DNA of 63,812 bases, counting the filler, from Ferroacidibacillus organovorans (GTDB lineage Bacteria; Bacillota; Bacilli; Alicyclobacillales; SLC66): assembly GCF_001642725.1 (NCBI RefSeq). It is 4 parts of 4 records of this genome, joined end to end, with 100 filler letters (N's around TTAATTAATTAA, not from the genome) between each part and the next. Parts side by side here need not be neighbours in the genome. Positions count along the whole stretch, not along the records: positions 38,218 to 57,168 come from NZ_LSUQ01000050.1; positions 57,269 to 63,812 come from NZ_LSUQ01000094.1; 2 more parts are not named here. One strand, 5' to 3'. Positions 52,804 through 61,295 of the stretch are shown one piece after another. Each line of letters begins with the position of its first letter. Within the stretch, counting starts at the first letter, position 1. The position numbers were made by a program, and so were the translations under genes. The notes beneath the pieces were generated by a model, which worked only from the letters and a program-made list of their open reading frames with translations, was not told the DNA's origin and did not search any database.

Positions 52804-53529
52804 ATGACAATGATCCGCAAAGAAATCAATAACAAACTGACCGCCATGATGCAAGTTCGCAATGAAGGGAATCGTTATTTACGGATGGTGTTGGATGACG
52901 TATCACAGTATGTAGACGCGATTGTCATTCTTGATGATGGATCAACAGATGACACCGTCGCGATCTGTAAATCGTATCCAAAGGTGGTTTCTATCGGGCA
53001 TTCTCATATCTCGCTCTACGGAATCAATGAGTCTGTTTTAAAAAAACGGCTATTTCAACGAACGATTGCCACATCCCCTGACTGGATTCTGGCGATCGAT
53101 GCGGATGAGGTGTTGGAAAACAGAGCCAAGGAACACATACAAAGTATGATCAATCAGACACACACGGACTGGTACGGATTCCGTTTTTATCACTTCTGGA
53201 AGTCCATGACACACTATCGTACGGATAAATTGTGGGCACCCTTCCACTATGGCCCGCGATTGTTTCGCTATATGGCGGGCGCCACGTACCGTTGGAATGA
53301 TCAAGCACTCCACGGCGGGAGTCTGCCCTGCAATCTAGTGACCGATTTTCCTGGCGCGCCCTCCGATTTGCGCATCAAACACTACGGTTACGCAGGTTCT
53401 CAGGAAGAACTGCAGCGAAAATACAATTTCTATGTTCAGCGCGACCCCCACTCTGAATTCTGTCCGCGCAGCCACTATGATTCCATCCTGGATGAAAACC
53501 CTATCCTTGAACCGTGGGAGGAATCATGA
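52804..53529 (+). CDS. Glycosyltransferase family 2
   Basis: VRNE, LDDGSTDDT, IDADE, HYGY. Confidence 0.85.
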   Translation: MTMIRKEINNKLTAMMQVRNEGNRYLRMVLDDVSQYVDAIVILDDGSTDDTVAICKSYPKVVSIGHSHISLYGINESVLKKRLFQRTIATSPDWILAIDADEVLENRAKEHIQSMINQTHTDWYGFRFYHFWKSMTHYRTDKLWAPFHYGPRLFRYMAGATYRWNDQALHGGSLPCNLVTDFPGAPSDLRIKHYGYAGSQEELQRKYNFYVQRDPHSEFCPRSHYDSILDENPILEPWEES

Positions 53530-54374
53530 TGTCAGCATTTCTGCACGTGATTGTAGTGAGTTTTAACACTTGCTCAAAAACACTTCAATGTTTGCGTTTC
53601 ATTTTGCGCTATACAGACCTCCCTTTCCACCTATGGGTTGTGGATAACGCCTCAACCGACGGCTCAATCGACATGCTAAATGAACTATCGGCGCAAAATA
53701 GAGAGCGCCTCACGCTGACACGTTTATCTGAAAATGTAGGGTACACGCGCGCGATTGCTTCCATTTACCCAAACATTCCAGCGCACGGATACGTGTGCTT
53801 TATCAATTCGGATGTCTATGTGGGCCCTGGCTTTGCAAAAAGGCTTCACAAGCACCTTGAACGCCATCCTGACATCGCGGCGGTCGCGCCACTTGGCAGT
53901 GGCATTGGCGGATGGCAAGACATTCTGAAGTATCATTCCCCCCCTTCACCCGCAGATGAATTTGATGAAGCGAAACTCGTTCAGATCAATCACGCCTTGC
54001 AGAATATACGCCCCAAAGCGATCACCGCAAAATGCATTCAAGGTACGGTCTGGATGGCGAAGCGAGCGGCGCTTGAGGAAATCGGCGAATTGGACACAGC
54101 GTGTGTATGCGGAGCGGATGACGCCGACTGGAGCTTGCGGGCAAGATTAAAAAATTGGCGCCTTCTCATCGCTTTGGACACGTATGTATGGCATGACAAT
54201 CACAGCTCTTTCTCTGTGCTCGACGATCACGGCAAAACGTGGATCACTCAGAGTTGGGACCATTTTAATCGAAAGTGGTCAGGTTGTTTTGACCATCTCT
54301 CCTGGAGTGATCTCATGGAGTCGATCGATCCAACCGTGTACCCTGCGTATCAATACGAAGAATTTATGGTCTGA
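53526..54374 (+). CDS. Glycosyltransferase family 2
   Basis: VDNASTDGS, FINSD, DDADWSLR. Confidence 0.85.
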   Translation: MMSAFLHVIVVSFNTCSKTLQCLRFILRYTDLPFHLWVVDNASTDGSIDMLNELSAQNRERLTLTRLSENVGYTRAIASIYPNIPAHGYVCFINSDVYVGPGFAKRLHKHLERHPDIAAVAPLGSGIGGWQDILKYHSPPSPADEFDEAKLVQINHALQNIRPKAITAKCIQGTVWMAKRAALEEIGELDTACVCGADDADWSLRARLKNWRLLIALDTYVWHDNHSSFSVLDDHGKTWITQSWDHFNRKWSGCFDHLSWSDLMESIDPTVYPAYQYEEFMV

Positions 54375-54484
54375 TTCTCCACTCCTGCACATTTTTGTAT
54401 GAAATAGGTTGGCGTCGCCACACTCCTTCCTCTTAGCACGTATACATGCAGTGCATGCCAAAACGAATTGAGGAGATGAGGAGT

Positions 54485-54928
54485 TTGAGTACACTTAACC
54501 GCCCCCTTCGCGTGGGTGTCATTCGCGCACAGCGAATCGTTGCCCAAAACCTGCAAATTCGATCAGTGGGACCGTCACCATCGCCTTTTCCAGTGCGAAC
54601 CATCTTGAGAGAACTGCGTGTCAAAGTGAGACATCTCGAACACGAGGTTCGCGAACTTGAACATGAGAATCGAGAAATCGAGCGCCAGCTCCACGAATTG
54701 AGAGAGCGGGTAAAACGTCTCGAAGCGCAAATCAGCAGCGGTCAGCCTCCAAACCCTGCTTTACAGGCGCTATTCGCGAGCAAGCAAGGTCAAGTGGTGA
54801 CTGTCAGCACAGCGTCCGGCACGCTCACCGGCACCGTAACGCTCGTGGGCACAAACGCAGTGGAACTGACGGAGAGTAGTGGTGACATTTTAGTCATTCC
54901 ATACAGCAAAATCACAGGTGTTCAATAA
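54485..54928 (+). CDS. Hypothetical protein: coiled coil + Sm-like (YuzF/DUF2642-like) C-terminal domain
   Basis: GAGGAG RBS + TTG; heptad run LRELRVKVRHLEHEVRELE...; C-terminal GQVVTV..G.LTG.V..VG..AVEL..LVIPYSKI. Confidence 0.65.
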   Translation: MSTLNRPLRVGVIRAQRIVAQNLQIRSVGPSPSPFPVRTILRELRVKVRHLEHEVRELEHENREIERQLHELRERVKRLEAQISSGQPPNPALQALFASKQGQVVTVSTASGTLTGTVTLVGTNAVELTESSGDILVIPYSKITGVQ

Positions 54929-54941
54929 AGGAGGGGTCCTC

Positions 54942-55139
54942 GTGACATTCCAGAGCATGCTTTCCAGTTTCATCGGCAGAATCGTTGAGGTGTTTGTTCC
55001 CGGTTCACTGTTTGAAGGTACTTTGACCTCCGTGAGAACGAGCGCAATTCAGGTAACAGAACCACCCATCGTGTACAGTCAACCCGTGGTTGTCACCATT
55101 CCGACAGATAACATTGAGTATGTACGCGTACTGCTGTAA
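54942..55139 (+). CDS. Small Sm-like (YuzF/DUF2642-like) protein
   Basis: AAGGAGG RBS + GTG; GRIVEV..FEGTL..V....IPTDNIEYV. Confidence 0.65.
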   Translation: MTFQSMLSSFIGRIVEVFVPGSLFEGTLTSVRTSAIQVTEPPIVYSQPVVVTIPTDNIEYVRVLL

Positions 55140-55193
55140 AGCGCTGACGAGCGATCCGGAGAAAGGGGCAGAGAAACCCTGTCTCCGGAGCTT

Positions 55194-56390
55194 TTAGGTT
55201 TCTCCGTCCTTAAATGATTGCCACCATGCGCGATAATCCTTAGCGTGCACCTGGCTTACACTCTTGCGGTGGATTACTCGATGATAGAGCGGTTTTTCAA
55301 GAATTTGAATGAACCCTTTTTGAACATATTGATCCGACATGTAAACGTCCTCAAACAAGCGCCCGGCAAATCGGTCTGTGATCATCCATCCACCGATCCT
55401 CTGCAGATCACTTGTGCGATAGAAGCGCGGAATTGGAACGCGCGCAAATTCGGGTGAAATGAGAACTGGATTTTGGCCATGAATGCCGCGATACTGGAGT
55501 TGTCCTTTTGTCACAGATTGCCAGACATGATAGTGCGCCGAAAGAAGTTTCATCGGTTGCAGATCTGATGATGCTTTATAGAGTGTTGCAAGAGCGTCGG
55601 GCACCAGCCAATCATCCGCGTCAAGTTCCAAAAAAAAGTGTCCTTTGACGTGATCCAAAGCGCAGTTAAGCGCATGGGATTTTCCTTTGTTCTCCATGAA
55701 CTTGATCAAGCAAATTCGTTCGTCATTGTAGCTGCGAACCATCTGCTCCGTTTGATCTGTCGAGCCATCATCGATCACGAGCAACTCCCACGCGTGAAAC
55801 GTTTGCAATAAAACAGAGCGAATCGCCCAACCAATTCGAGCAGCTTCATTAAACGCGCAAATCACCACGGAGACATGCGGCGGAAACTGCCTCTGTGTAC
55901 ACTCAGGGATACTTTGTGTATTCCAAAGGATATAGCGAAGTGTTTGGGCGGTCGGTTGAAAGACGTTGCGCGCGATAAAAGGTTTTAGAGAAATTTGTGC
56001 AACACGGAGAGTTGGCAGGTGATCTGCCGCCAGCTCTAAAGCGATTTGATAAGGTAAATACCGCAGATCAGGGGGCACAGCCCGAAGCGAAGCGAACCAG
56101 GCACGCAGCGCAGTCGTTCTCCAGATACAAGGGATTCCCATTTTTTGTATAAAATAGTCCATCCAAGCGACGCCCGTCGCTTTTTGTTGTCCGTAAATAA
56201 GAACCGCACACTCTGCCGATTCATTGGGAAGTGCTACAGATGCGATCGAAGGTTTGAAATGGAGCTCTGTAGACCAAAAGATCCATGGATCCTTGACTAC
56301 CTTTAAAAGGTTGCTCAACCTTTCAACAAGTGAACATAGATCGCGCTGGTCATCAAGATCAAGAACCACGTCAACCACTTTCGATCGCAC
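55194..56390 (-). CDS. Glycosyltransferase family 2 with N-terminal extension
   Basis: VSVVICAFNE, IDDGSTD, ELDADD, LFED. Confidence 0.85.
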   Translation of the reverse strand: MRSKVVDVVLDLDDQRDLCSLVERLSNLLKVVKDPWIFWSTELHFKPSIASVALPNESAECAVLIYGQQKATGVAWMDYFIQKMGIPCIWRTTALRAWFASLRAVPPDLRYLPYQIALELAADHLPTLRVAQISLKPFIARNVFQPTAQTLRYILWNTQSIPECTQRQFPPHVSVVICAFNEAARIGWAIRSVLLQTFHAWELLVIDDGSTDQTEQMVRSYNDERICLIKFMENKGKSHALNCALDHVKGHFFLELDADDWLVPDALATLYKASSDLQPMKLLSAHYHVWQSVTKGQLQYRGIHGQNPVLISPEFARVPIPRFYRTSDLQRIGGWMITDRFAGRLFEDVYMSDQYVQKGFIQILEKPLYHRVIHRKSVSQVHAKDYRAWWQSFKDGET

Positions 56391-56410
56391 TCCATCCCTG
56401 TGATGGTGTC

Positions 56411-56439
56411 ATGCTATGCACAAAATCCTTGGTTCGTGC
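56411..56439 (-). promoter_or_regulatory. Putative sigmaK promoter
   Basis: Minus strand GCAC-17-CATAGCAT upstream of the GT2 gene. Confidence 0.45.
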
Positions 56440-56571
56440 AATTGGCAACCGATTGAGAGGCTACCATCTTGTATGTGAATATCGAAAATCATTCGATATA
56501 ATCCGTAATGAATCGAAGAATTATGATAGAATCACATTGAAATTCATAGTTTGGTGGAAGGGGACTATGCT

Positions 56572-57168
56572 TTGAATAACGAACGCATTGACATGATTCG
56601 CGCGCTCAGTGAAGCGCATGGCGCGTCCGGCTTTGAAACGCCGGTTCGCAAACTGTATCAGACGTACCTCGAACCGGTTTCTGACGAAATCGTTCGCGAC
56701 CATTTTGGAAGCGTTGTCGGAAAAAAAGTCGGCAAGGCAGACGGCCCCTCGATTCTGCTCGCAGGCCACCTCGATGAGATTGGGCTTCTGACCAAGGCAA
56801 TCACCGATGAGGGATTTATTAAATTCCAGACAATTGGCGGCTGGTGGTCTCAGGTCATGCTCGCGCAGCGCGTAACAATTCAAACGCGCAAAGGTGAAAT
56901 CACCGGAATCATTGGCTCGAAACCTCCTCATCTTCTGAGCGCGAAAGAGCGCGATGAGGTTGTCAAAATAAAGGACATGTTTATTGACATTGGCGTCTCA
57001 AGTAAAGCGGAAGCAGAAGAACTCGGCGTGCGCCCGGGTGATCCGATCACGCCGATCAGCGCGTTTGTTCAACTCGGCAATCCAAACGTGTACATGGGAA
57101 AAGCGCTTGACAACCGTCTCGGGTGCGCAACCGCCGTCGAAGTGTTGCGCGCGCTCAAGGGACAGGAC
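56572..57168 (+). CDS. M42 family aminopeptidase (3' truncated)
   Basis: GASGFE, AGHLDEIG, GSKPPH, KALDNRLG. Confidence 0.92.
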
Positions 57169-57268
57169 NNNNNNNNNNNNNNNNNNNNNNNNNNNNNNNN
57201 NNNNNNNNNNNNTTAATTAATTAANNNNNNNNNNNNNNNNNNNNNNNNNNNNNNNNNNNNNNNNNNNN
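57169..57268. other. Artificial contig linker/gap
   Basis: N44-TTAATTAATTAA-N44. Confidence 0.97.
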
Positions 57269-57306
57269 GGACCGCAGGGTCCTGGGAGAGTAGGACGTTG
57301 CCAGAC
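57269..57306 (+). rRNA. rrf: 5S rRNA, 3' end only
   Basis: GGGAGAGTAGGACGTTGCCAG is typical of the Bacillota 5S 3' end; at a contig start and followed by a terminator. Confidence 0.85.
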
Positions 57307-57310
57307 AAAC

Positions 57311-57338
57311 GAGCGACACCTCACGGTGTCGCTTTTTT
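57311..57338 (+). terminator. rrn operon terminator
   Basis: AGCGACACC-TCAC-GGTGTCGCT-TTTTT. Confidence 0.85.
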
Positions 57339-57392
57339 CATATGGATGCACCCAAGGATCTGGTTAGCCAGATAATTTGGAGGGATAGGGAC

Positions 57393-58496
57393 GTGCGGAT
57401 TTTAATTTATGCTGGGTTGCTTTCTGGGCGTGGCGGAACTGAAAATGTAATTTTACAAATGGCGAATGCATTACAGCGACGCGGGCATGAAATGTTATTT
57501 TTAACATCGGTCCGTGCAGAGGATTGGTCATGGACGAATGATTTGCCGCATGCGATGTTTGCTTCGGATTTGGTTCCGAATAAGCGCTCGGCGATTGAAG
57601 AGGAACCGCCATTTTTTTCAGTACTTTTGAACACTCAAGTAGCACTTCAGATGTTACCTAAACCGGACGTTATTTTGTCGATCTATGCGGGCGATAACGC
57701 GATTGTTGCTGCTTCACGCTGTCTGTATCAAGAGCCACCCGTTTTATTGAGTTGGATGCATAATAGCCTGCACGTGGCTGCTGACCGCTTTGCGCTTCGC
57801 TATGCAGACGGTCATCTCGCCATCAGCACAGGCATCAAACGCCAATTCTCAGCACTTGATCCTTCTAAGCCGGTTCGTGTCGTATACAATCCTATTCACC
57901 AAGTCGAGATTACTCCATTAGAATCGCTGTATGATCAAAATGTTGTGCAATTTGTTTATCTAGGACGATTTGACATGGTGCAAAAACGTCTGGACGTGAT
58001 GTTTCAAGGTTTTGCCGCATTGAGAGGGCTGCCTTGGCATCTTGTGATGATGGGACAGCCTTTTGGGCAATATGATCAGAGCCAGGTTGATCAATTTTTG
58101 AAGCAATCAGGAATCTCAGATCAAGTGGAGTGGTGTGGCTGGCAAGAAGATCCGTGGAAATATATTACGAAGCGCTCCGTTCTTGTGCTGACTTCTGATT
58201 TTGAGGGATTTCCAATGGTTATACTTGAAGCATTGGCACGCGGTCATCTCGTCATTGCGAGTCGGTGTGATACAGGCCCTGAGGATATGCTTCGCAATGG
58301 GGTGAATGGCTGGTTATTTACCCCGGGGTCAATTCAAGAGTTTACACAGTGCGTTCGTGACATTTTGGATCGGATGGTTGCTATCCCTTCGATTGAGGCG
58401 TGTCAACGTTCAGTGGTGCCATTTCATGAAGAACAAATTACGGATCGATTTATTGAGAGCATCACCTCACTTGTAGAAGAACACCGTCTCCGCTGA
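57393..58496 (+). CDS. Glycosyltransferase family 4 (WaaB/RfaB-like)
   Basis: GGTE, SWMHNSL..YADGHLAISTGI, QKRL, GWQEDPW, TSDFEGFPMVILEA. Confidence 0.85.
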   Translation: MRILIYAGLLSGRGGTENVILQMANALQRRGHEMLFLTSVRAEDWSWTNDLPHAMFASDLVPNKRSAIEEEPPFFSVLLNTQVALQMLPKPDVILSIYAGDNAIVAASRCLYQEPPVLLSWMHNSLHVAADRFALRYADGHLAISTGIKRQFSALDPSKPVRVVYNPIHQVEITPLESLYDQNVVQFVYLGRFDMVQKRLDVMFQGFAALRGLPWHLVMMGQPFGQYDQSQVDQFLKQSGISDQVEWCGWQEDPWKYITKRSVLVLTSDFEGFPMVILEALARGHLVIASRCDTGPEDMLRNGVNGWLFTPGSIQEFTQCVRDILDRMVAIPSIEACQRSVVPFHEEQITDRFIESITSLVEEHRLR

Positions 58497-58548
58497 AGAA
58501 TTTTATTGAGATCAATCCTATTTTGACTAAAATAATGATTGGTTTGTC

Positions 58549-58577
58549 TTGACAATGCATCGTATTTTTGATATTCT
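58549..58577 (+). promoter_or_regulatory. SigmaA promoter of the tRNA operon
   Basis: TTGACA-17-TATTCT with TG extension. Confidence 0.8.
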
Positions 58578-58597
58578 ACTCGTGTTCTCTTTTTTGA

Positions 58598-58674
58598 GTG
58601 CCCGTAGCTCAGCTGGATAGAGTACTTGACTACGAATCAAGGGGTCGGGAGTTCGAATCTCTCCGGGCACGCCA
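58598..58674 (+). tRNA. tRNA-Arg(ACG)
   Basis: Cloverleaf, CTTGA-CTACGAA-TCAAG, CCA. Confidence 0.95.
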
Positions 58675-58679
58675 GATTT

Positions 58680-58765
58680 GCCGAAGTGGCGGAATTGGCA
58701 GACGCACGCGCCTCAAAAGCGCGCGGGTAACCCCCGTGCCGGTTCGAGTCCGGCCTTCGGCACCA
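58680..58765 (+). tRNA. tRNA-Leu(CAA)
   Basis: CGCGC-CTCAAAA-GCGCG, long variable arm, CCA. Confidence 0.95.
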
Positions 58766-58811
58766 TCCCTTTTCGGATGATGCGGATTATATGCAATTGT
58801 TTTCTAGAGTC

Positions 58812-58887
58812 GGGGCTATAGCTCAGTTGGTAGAGCGCTTGAATCGCACTCAAGAGGTCAGCGGTTCGAATCCGCTTAGCTCCACCA
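58812..58887 (+). tRNA. tRNA-Ala(CGC)
   Basis: GGGGCTA acceptor with G3:U70, CTTGA-ATCGCAC-TCAAG. Confidence 0.93.
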
Positions 58888-58888
58888 T

Positions 58889-58963
58889 TCCTCGATAGCT
58901 CAGTGGTAGAGCATCCGGCTGTTAACCGGAGGGTCGTAGGTTCAAATCCTACTCGAGGAGCCA
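58889..58963 (+). tRNA. tRNA-Asn(GTT)
   Basis: TCCGG-CTGTTAA-CCGGA, CCA. Confidence 0.95.
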
Positions 58964-58967
58964 ATTT

Positions 58968-59042
58968 GGCCCCATGGTCAAGCGGTTAAGACACCGCCCT
59001 TTCACGGCGGGAACAGGGGTTCGAATCCCCTTGGGGTCACCA
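58968..59042 (+). tRNA. tRNA-Glu(TTC)
   Basis: CCGCC-CTTTCAC-GGCGG, CCA. Confidence 0.95.
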
Positions 59043-59075
59043 TTCAGATCCTGTTTCTCTTTTTTGAGATGACAG

Positions 59076-59150
59076 GGGCGGTTAGCTCAGCGGGAGAGCA
59101 CTCGCCTCACACGCGAGGGGTCGGCAGTTCGATCCTGCCACCGCCCACCA
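59076..59150 (+). tRNA. tRNA-Val(CAC)
   Basis: CTCGC-CTCACAC-GCGAG, CCA. Confidence 0.93.
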
Positions 59151-59169
59151 ATTCTATAGGCCACTTCGA

Positions 59170-59245
59170 CGCGGGGTGGAGCAGTTGGCAGCTCGTCGGG
59201 CTCATAACCCGAAGGTCGCAGGTTCGAGTCCTGCCCCCGCAACCA
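59170..59245 (+). tRNA. Initiator tRNA-fMet(CAT)
   Basis: C1:A72 mismatch; three G-C pairs in the anticodon stem TCGGG-CTCATAA-CCCGA. Confidence 0.95.
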
Positions 59246-59253
59246 TTCTTCCT

Positions 59254-59330
59254 GGGCCTATAGCTCAGCTGGCTAGAGCGCACGACTGATAATCGTGAGG
59301 TCAGAGGTTCAAGTCCTCTTAGGCCCACCA
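59254..59330 (+). tRNA. tRNA-Ile(GAT)
   Basis: CACGA-CTGATAA-TCGTG, CCA. Confidence 0.95.
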
Positions 59331-59431
59331 CGAATTACCCTTTGCCAGATTCTGCGCAAAGGTTTTTTTGTGTTCTACGGGACAATCCGCGGGGCGTAGG
59401 CTCTTGTATAGCGCCGACAAGGAGGACTCCG

Positions 59432-59851
59432 ATGGATGAGTTGTGGCAATTCCTCGCGGTCATGGCAGCCCTCTCGACAGGGTCTCAAGCGATTACACAA
59501 CAAATGAAGAAGAGAATTGTTTTTTTACATTTGCAGGCAAAGGCCAAGCCGAATGACAGTAAGTGGGATGAATTGTATGAAGATGCTCTTCGCAAACTGA
59601 ATGTACAGTTGCTGTCTGGTGTCAATGGCACAGCGCTTGCGGCGCTTGCGCAGGTCCATCCACTTCAGATTTTGAAGTTGACGCCGAGTTGGACGACGTG
59701 GGGGCCGCCTTGGCTTGGAAATACGTTTGACTATATTTCGGCTGGTGTGCTGGTTGCATACGGTGGTCCGTGGTTTCATGATCTCTTAGGAATTCTTCGC
59801 GAGTATAAGGTGCAATTGAGAAATCTTCCAATGGCCAAACAGGGCAAATAG
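59432..59851 (+). CDS. Small membrane protein of unknown function (holin-like features)
   Basis: AGGAGG RBS + ATG 59432; hydrophobic segments; GGPWFHDLL motif and basic C-terminus. Confidence 0.65.
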   Translation: MDELWQFLAVMAALSTGSQAITQQMKKRIVFLHLQAKAKPNDSKWDELYEDALRKLNVQLLSGVNGTALAALAQVHPLQILKLTPSWTTWGPPWLGNTFDYISAGVLVAYGGPWFHDLLGILREYKVQLRNLPMAKQGK

Positions 59852-59897
59852 CGGGACTGTAATGGTGTTTCATGCTCGACGATCGATCAACGAGAGG

Positions 59898-59926
59898 TTG
59901 CGCAAGATAAGGAATTGTGGTATATT
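59898..59926 (+). promoter_or_regulatory. SigmaA promoter of the second tRNA block
   Basis: TTGCGC-17-TATATT with TG extension. Confidence 0.7.
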
Positions 59927-59943
59927 ATCTCTTGTCTTTCGTT

Positions 59944-60037
59944 GGAGAGATGTCCGAGTTGGTCGAAGGAGCACGATTGGAAATCGTGTAGGCGGTTTAA
60001 ACCCGTCTCGTGGGTTCGAATCCCACTCTCTCCGCCA
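59944..60037 (+). tRNA. tRNA-Ser(GGA)
   Basis: CACGA-TTGGAAA-TCGTG, long variable arm, CCA. Confidence 0.95.
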
Positions 60038-60040
60038 GTC

Positions 60041-60117
60041 GGCGGAGTAGCTCAGCTGGTTAGAGCATACGGTTCATACCCGTAGGGTCGGGGGTTCGAG
60101 TCCCTCCTCCGCTACCA
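60041..60117 (+). tRNA. tRNA-Met(CAT), elongator type
   Basis: TACGG-TTCATAC-CCGTA, GGCGGAG acceptor, CCA. Confidence 0.9.
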
Positions 60118-60125
60118 TGTTTTAT

Positions 60126-60201
60126 GCCACTTTAGCTCAGTTGGTAGAGCGGCTCACTCGTAATGAGCAGGTAGCCGGTTCGAATCCGGCAAGTGGCTCC
60201 A
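60126..60201 (+). tRNA. tRNA-Thr(CGT)
   Basis: GCTCA-CTCGTAA-TGAGC, CCA. Confidence 0.93.
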
Positions 60202-60215
60202 AATGGCTAGTATTC

Positions 60216-60254
60216 ATGGGTCTTCTCGCATGTTGTGAGAAGACCCATTTTTTT
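60216..60254 (+). terminator. Terminator after the tRNA block
   Basis: ATGGGTCTTCTCGCA...TGTGAGAAGACCCAT-TTTTTT. Confidence 0.85.
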
Positions 60255-60270
60255 CGCTTTAACGTTTACT

Positions 60271-61113
60271 TCAGGAATAGACTGGATTGCGCGTGCAAGC
60301 CTCTAGGATCGCGTGGACAATCTGCATTCCCTTCTTTTTATGATCCAGTTCAGGGTTAAATCCTGCAATTTCAATACCTCGCAGGTTGCTATTTTCGGCA
60401 ATGGCGCGCACCAATTCAATAACGGTGTGGCTTGGGAGCCCGTTTGAATTTGGAAAGTCCACAGCGGGCATATCTTGTGTATGGATTGCATCCACATCGA
60501 GATGAATGTATGTATCTGTCTTTAGTAGGGATGTTTCCATCCATTGCTTCAATTCATCTTGATGTACATGGCGAACACCGTGTTCGTTCATTGCGCGTTT
60601 CTCTGATGATTCCGTGAGCTGACCGCTGAGGAGCGTTACCTGTTTGCCTTCGATTATCCCTTTTCGTTGAGTTGTGTGACCTACGACACTGGCTAAAGCC
60701 ATTCCGCCAAGGTAGCCTGTTGACGATGTTTTCTCGTTTAGAAAATCTGCGTGAGAGTCAATCCACAGCAGTTGGATGTGAGGATACACCTTTTTGATAG
60801 GTGCAACCGTGCCATAGGCGAGATCACATTCGCCGCCGAGGATGATGGTAAAGATATCGTCGCGAATCCACTCTTCAAGTGACGCGCGAATGGACTGCAC
60901 TGCAAGCTCGACTTTTGCAAAAGAACTGGCCTGCGGCGGTAACTGAATTGAGATGTTACCTCTGTCCTGCCAATTGCTTATGAAGTCTGGCGCTTCTGAT
61001 TGAAGGTACGCTCGAATAGCGTTTGGTGCGTTTTTTACCTGAAGAGTCCTCTTGGACAGGTCGGCGGGGTATTGAAGTGCCATAGGAATTCCGATGAGTT
61101 GAGTTTTATTCAA
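60271..61113 (-). CDS. Arginase/ureohydrolase family protein (non-canonical)
   Basis: GGECD, WIDSHADF, HLDVDAI, EIAGFNP. Confidence 0.8.
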   Translation of the reverse strand: MNKTQLIGIPMALQYPADLSKRTLQVKNAPNAIRAYLQSEAPDFISNWQDRGNISIQLPPQASSFAKVELAVQSIRASLEEWIRDDIFTIILGGECDLAYGTVAPIKKVYPHIQLLWIDSHADFLNEKTSSTGYLGGMALASVVGHTTQRKGIIEGKQVTLLSGQLTESSEKRAMNEHGVRHVHQDELKQWMETSLLKTDTYIHLDVDAIHTQDMPAVDFPNSNGLPSHTVIELVRAIAENSNLRGIEIAGFNPELDHKKKGMQIVHAILEACTRNPVYS

Positions 61114-61202
61114 CGGGTATACCTGCCTCTCTTTTTAATTAGAGTCTCCGCCCGATAGGATTCTATGTGCGGTTACGAATTGGAACTGTACTGGATCGAC
61201 GC

Positions 61203-61231
61203 GCATGATTATTTTGGTATATGGAATACTT
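61203..61231 (+). promoter_or_regulatory. Putative forespore (sigmaG/F) promoter
   Basis: GCATG-17-AATACTT upstream of the coat-F-like gene. Confidence 0.5.
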
Positions 61232-61295
61232 ACGTGAGCGATATAGAAGGAAAGCTGGATACACATCGTTATCTAATCGTTAGGGAGGTAATTTC

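Noticed and set aside
50663..56390. tRNA-Arg(TCT)-anchored genomic island
   Set aside because: No integrase and no duplicated tRNA 3' end (att) found by eye; the tRNA has an ordinary terminator
57169..57306. M42 peptidase apparently interrupted by an rRNA fragment
   Set aside because: The junction is an assembly gap; both are simply truncated at contig ends and are not pseudogenes
58598..59331. Short ORFs overlapping the tRNA array and tRNA-Arg
   Set aside because: Spurious translations of tRNA genes
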